A stretch of DNA of 64,000 bases from NCBI GenBank assembly GCA_944359055.1, contig CALVSO010000004.1, positions 508 through 64,507 on the forward strand, in the 5' to 3' direction. Shown piece after piece: positions 61,214 through 64,000 of the stretch. Numbering within the stretch: position 1 is the stretch's first letter; each line of letters starts with the position of its first letter. Position numbers and translations under genes: made by a program. The stretch comes from an uncultured Bacilli bacterium (GTDB taxonomy: Bacteria > Bacillota_I > Bacilli_A > RF39 > UBA660). The notes below the pieces were generated by a model. That model ran no database searches and was not told the DNA's origin. It saw only the letters and a program-made list of their open reading frames with translations.

Positions 61214-61225
61214 AATATATTCCTC

Positions 61226-61393
61226 CTAATCACGATGTAAAGATCTATAAACCCATTCAAAAATCAATAAAGCTATTATTATAATAGCTATCCATAAAAT
61301 TGGATTGTGGCTATTTTCCAAGAAAAAATCTTTGATATTTCCAGTAATATCATTAAACCAATTATTAATATTATTCCATAAGTTTGACCACAT
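61226..61393 (-). CDS. Unannotated 55-aa membrane microprotein MWSNLWNNINNWLNDITGNIKDFFLENSHNPILWIAIIIIALLIFEWVYRSLHRD
   Basis: Fills the pcrA-asnS gap. ATG 3 nt after the pcrA stop with RBS AAGGTG. Amphipathic helix plus TM. Confidence 0.75.
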   Translation of the reverse strand: MWSNLWNNINNWFNDITGNIKDFFLENSHNPILWIAIIIIALLIFEWVYRSLHRD

Positions 61394-61396
61394 AAT

Positions 61397-63451
61397 CTAC
61401 ACCTTCCTTATTTTTTTATGACCTTTTATCAACATTTTAATTCCATATGGATGTTTAAATGCTACAGTTAATATTTTATCTTTTATACCAACGATAACGC
61501 CTTCACCATATGTATCAAAATAAATATGTTCTCCAATACTATATTCAACACTATCATCAACATTATTTAATTTAGATTTACTAGTATTAGTATTAAAATA
61601 TTTAGAATCAATTTCTTTAATGAATCTACTTTCTTTATTGCTTACTCGATTACCATATATAGTACGAGATAAAGCATTTATTAACCATAATCTTTTTTTA
61701 GCTCTTGTAATTGCTACATAACATAATCTTCTTTCCTCTTCTAGTTTGTCATTACTTTCAAATGAATTAAAATGAGGAAATATACTTTCTTCTAATCCAA
61801 CAATAAATACATTATCAAATTCTAATCCTTTAGCAGAATGAATTGTCATTAAGGTTACACTTTCATTATCTTTATATTCTGTTATATCAGCAACTAAACT
61901 TATTTCATTTAAGAAATCTTCTAAACTAATTATACCATAATTTTCCTCAAATTGATAAGCAATAGATTTAAATTCATTTAAGTTTTCTATTCTAGTTTGA
62001 GCTTCAATGGAATTCTCTTCTTCTAATTCTTTGATAATACCTGTTTTTTCTAATATTAAATCAATAAATTTAGTTAAAGTATAGTTATCTTTATTTTCTC
62101 TTAAATATGAAATTATATTCTTGAATTCTAATTCTTTACCAGAGTCAATCGCATCATACATTGAACAATTTAAATCGTTTGCTTTTTTAATTAATTTATC
62201 AATTGTAACTTTACCAATTTTTCTTCTTGGAACATTAATTATTCTAGTTAAACTAACATCATCATCTTTATTATAAATTAATTTTAAATAAGCCATTAAA
62301 TCTTTAATTTCTTTACGATTATAAAAATATACACTGCCAACCACTTTATAAGGAATATTATTTAATAATAATTCATCTTCTAAATTACGTGATTGAGCAT
62401 TTGTTCTGTAAAGAATAGCTATATCACTTAGTTTAGAACCATTATCTAATAACTTATTAATTTCATTAACAACATAAAAAGCTTCATCTTTTTCATCAGT
62501 AGCTCGTTTATATTCTATTTTTAACCCCTCTTCATTATCAGTCCATAAATTTTTATCTTTGCGATTAACATTATTTTTAATTAAATCATTAGAAGCATTA
62601 ATAATTGTTTTGGTTGATCTATAATTTTGTTCTAGATAAACTGTTTTACAATTTGGATAATCTTTTTCAAAATTTAATATATTTTTATAATTAGATCCTC
62701 TCCATGAATAAATAGATTGACTATCATCACCCACTACACAAATATTTTTATATTTTGCACTTATCATTTTAGTTAATAAATATTGTGCTTCATTAGTATC
62801 TTGATATTCATCAATTAAAATATATTTATATTGTTCTTGATATTCTTTTAATATTTCTGGATGTTTTCTAAATAAAACTATTGGCAACATTAATAAATCA
62901 TCAAAATCAACACTATTATTTTTAATTAATCTATTTTCATATTTTCTATAAATATCTAAAACTAACTCATCATAATCGTTAGCTACAAATCTTTCATATT
63001 CATAACTATCTATTAAAGCATTTTTGTTATTACTTATAATGTTTTTAATTGCTTTATAGTTTTCATCACAATTCATATCTTTTAGAATATTTTTAATTAA
63101 AATACTAGTGTCATCACTATCCAAAATAGTAAAATTTTTACTTAATTTTAATTTATCATAATGTTTTTTTAAAATATTTAATCCAAAAGAATGAAAAGTT
63201 GATATTTGAATCTTATATCCTATTGATCCAACCATATTAAGTATTCTTTCTTTCATTTCTTTAGCTGCTTTATTAGTAAAAGTGATAGCAAGTATATTAG
63301 ATGGATCAACATGATTATCTAATATTAATTTGGCTACTTTAGTAGTTAATACCTTTGTTTTACCAGAACCAGCTCCGGCTAAAACCAATAAAGGACCTTC
63401 TGTTATATTTACTGCTTCTTTTTGTTTATCATTTAATGTATCTAAATTCAT
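61397..63451 (-). CDS. pcrA: ATP-dependent DNA helicase PcrA
   Basis: LAGAGSGKT, TFTNKAA.EM, DEYQDTN, VGDDSQSIYSWRG, LYRTNAQSR, TIHSAKGLEF and EEERRLCYVAITRA. Confidence 0.96.
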   Translation of the reverse strand: MNLDTLNDKQKEAVNITEGPLLVLAGAGSGKTKVLTTKVAKLILDNHVDPSNILAITFTNKAAKEMKERILNMVGSIGYKIQISTFHSFGLNILKKHYDKLKLSKNFTILDSDDTSILIKNILKDMNCDENYKAIKNIISNNKNALIDSYEYERFVANDYDELVLDIYRKYENRLIKNNSVDFDDLLMLPIVLFRKHPEILKEYQEQYKYILIDEYQDTNEAQYLLTKMISAKYKNICVVGDDSQSIYSWRGSNYKNILNFEKDYPNCKTVYLEQNYRSTKTIINASNDLIKNNVNRKDKNLWTDNEEGLKIEYKRATDEKDEAFYVVNEINKLLDNGSKLSDIAILYRTNAQSRNLEDELLLNNIPYKVVGSVYFYNRKEIKDLMAYLKLIYNKDDDVSLTRIINVPRRKIGKVTIDKLIKKANDLNCSMYDAIDSGKELEFKNIISYLRENKDNYTLTKFIDLILEKTGIIKELEEENSIEAQTRIENLNEFKSIAYQFEENYGIISLEDFLNEISLVADITEYKDNESVTLMTIHSAKGLEFDNVFIVGLEESIFPHFNSFESNDKLEEERRLCYVAITRAKKRLWLINALSRTIYGNRVSNKESRFIKEIDSKYFNTNTSKSKLNNVDDSVEYSIGEHIYFDTYGEGVIVGIKDKILTVAFKHPYGIKMLIKGHKKIRKV

Positions 63452-63545
63452 AAAACCACCTTAAATAATTATAACATAATTTGTATAAAAATATTGTACA
63501 ATTATAAAATATATGATATATTTAAATTAGTTAGGGGTAATACTT

Positions 63546-64000
63546 ATGAATGAGTTAAAAGAACTATTTTTAGAAAACAAGAAATATACTTTTAAAGAAA
63601 TTAGAAGAAAATTAAATATTGATGAAGAAACACTATATAATCAATTACAATTTTTAGAAGAACAAGGAATTATTATGGAATTAAATGGTATATACCAAAA
63701 AATTCCAAATAATTATTTGGTTGGTAAAATAAAAATATGTAAAAACGATTGGGGTGTTTTTTATTTTAATAAAACAAAATACGAAATTCATCCAAATGAT
63801 TTAAATTATGCTTTAAATAATGATTTATGCTTATTTATAATAGATGAAGAAAATAAACAAGCTAAGGTTAAAAAAATAATTAAAAGATTTAATAACTTAA
63901 TAGTTTGTGAATTTACTAACAATAAATTTAAAATGTATGGTGGAAATTCTTCTATTGAAATACCAAATAATGAAATTAAAAAATTGGTTGAAGGAACTAG
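63546..64000 (+). CDS. rnr: RNase R family exoribonuclease, N-terminal part (runs off the window)
   Basis: Manual translation MNELKELF...LQFLEEQGII...VGKIKICKNDWG...IHPNDLNYALNNDL...AKVKKIIKR is consistent with an HTH plus cold-shock domain. Confidence 0.65.
   Translation, partial: MNELKELFLENKKYTFKEIRRKLNIDEETLYNQLQFLEEQGIIMELNGIYQKIPNNYLVGKIKICKNDWGVFYFNKTKYEIHPNDLNYALNNDLCLFIIDEENKQAKVKKIIKRFNNLIVCEFTNNKFKMYGGNSSIEIPNNEIKKLVEGT

Overview
Very AT-rich (roughly a quarter G+C by eye) chromosomal segment from a genome-reduced Bacilli, most consistent with an uncultured gut RF39-like lineage (inference). It uses genetic code 11 and retains cell-wall genes (ddl, D,D-carboxypeptidases) and sporulation genes (CotD-like protein, sigG/sigK-type promoters). 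The backbone is housekeeping: addAB, trpS, rel, alaS, dnaB-dnaI, ylxM, ftsY, yebC, rnc, three tRNAs (Ile, Asn, Glu), ddl, rpsB-tsf, parE-parC, rnhC, asnS, pcrA and rnr. Single accessory genes are scattered through it: two Fic proteins, a BRO protein, a NUDIX enzyme, an HD hydrolase, an S41 peptidase, a pilin-CLec protein, a DpnII R-M cassette and a GtrA/GT2/GT-C glycosylation cluster. I saw no integrase, transposase, reverse transcriptase or CRISPR array. The strongest novel candidates are: (1) an unannotated promoter, 19-aa leader peptide and terminator (attenuator) in front of a truncated Rel enzyme whose synthetase catalytic Glu is replaced by Gln; (2) a recombinase-free single-gene HD cassette bounded by a 71-bp direct repeat that duplicates the 3' end and terminator of the cotD-like gene; (3) an orphan pilin-CLec protein resembling a DGR target; (4) a catalytically altered phosphoglycosyl transferase inside the parE-parC operon.
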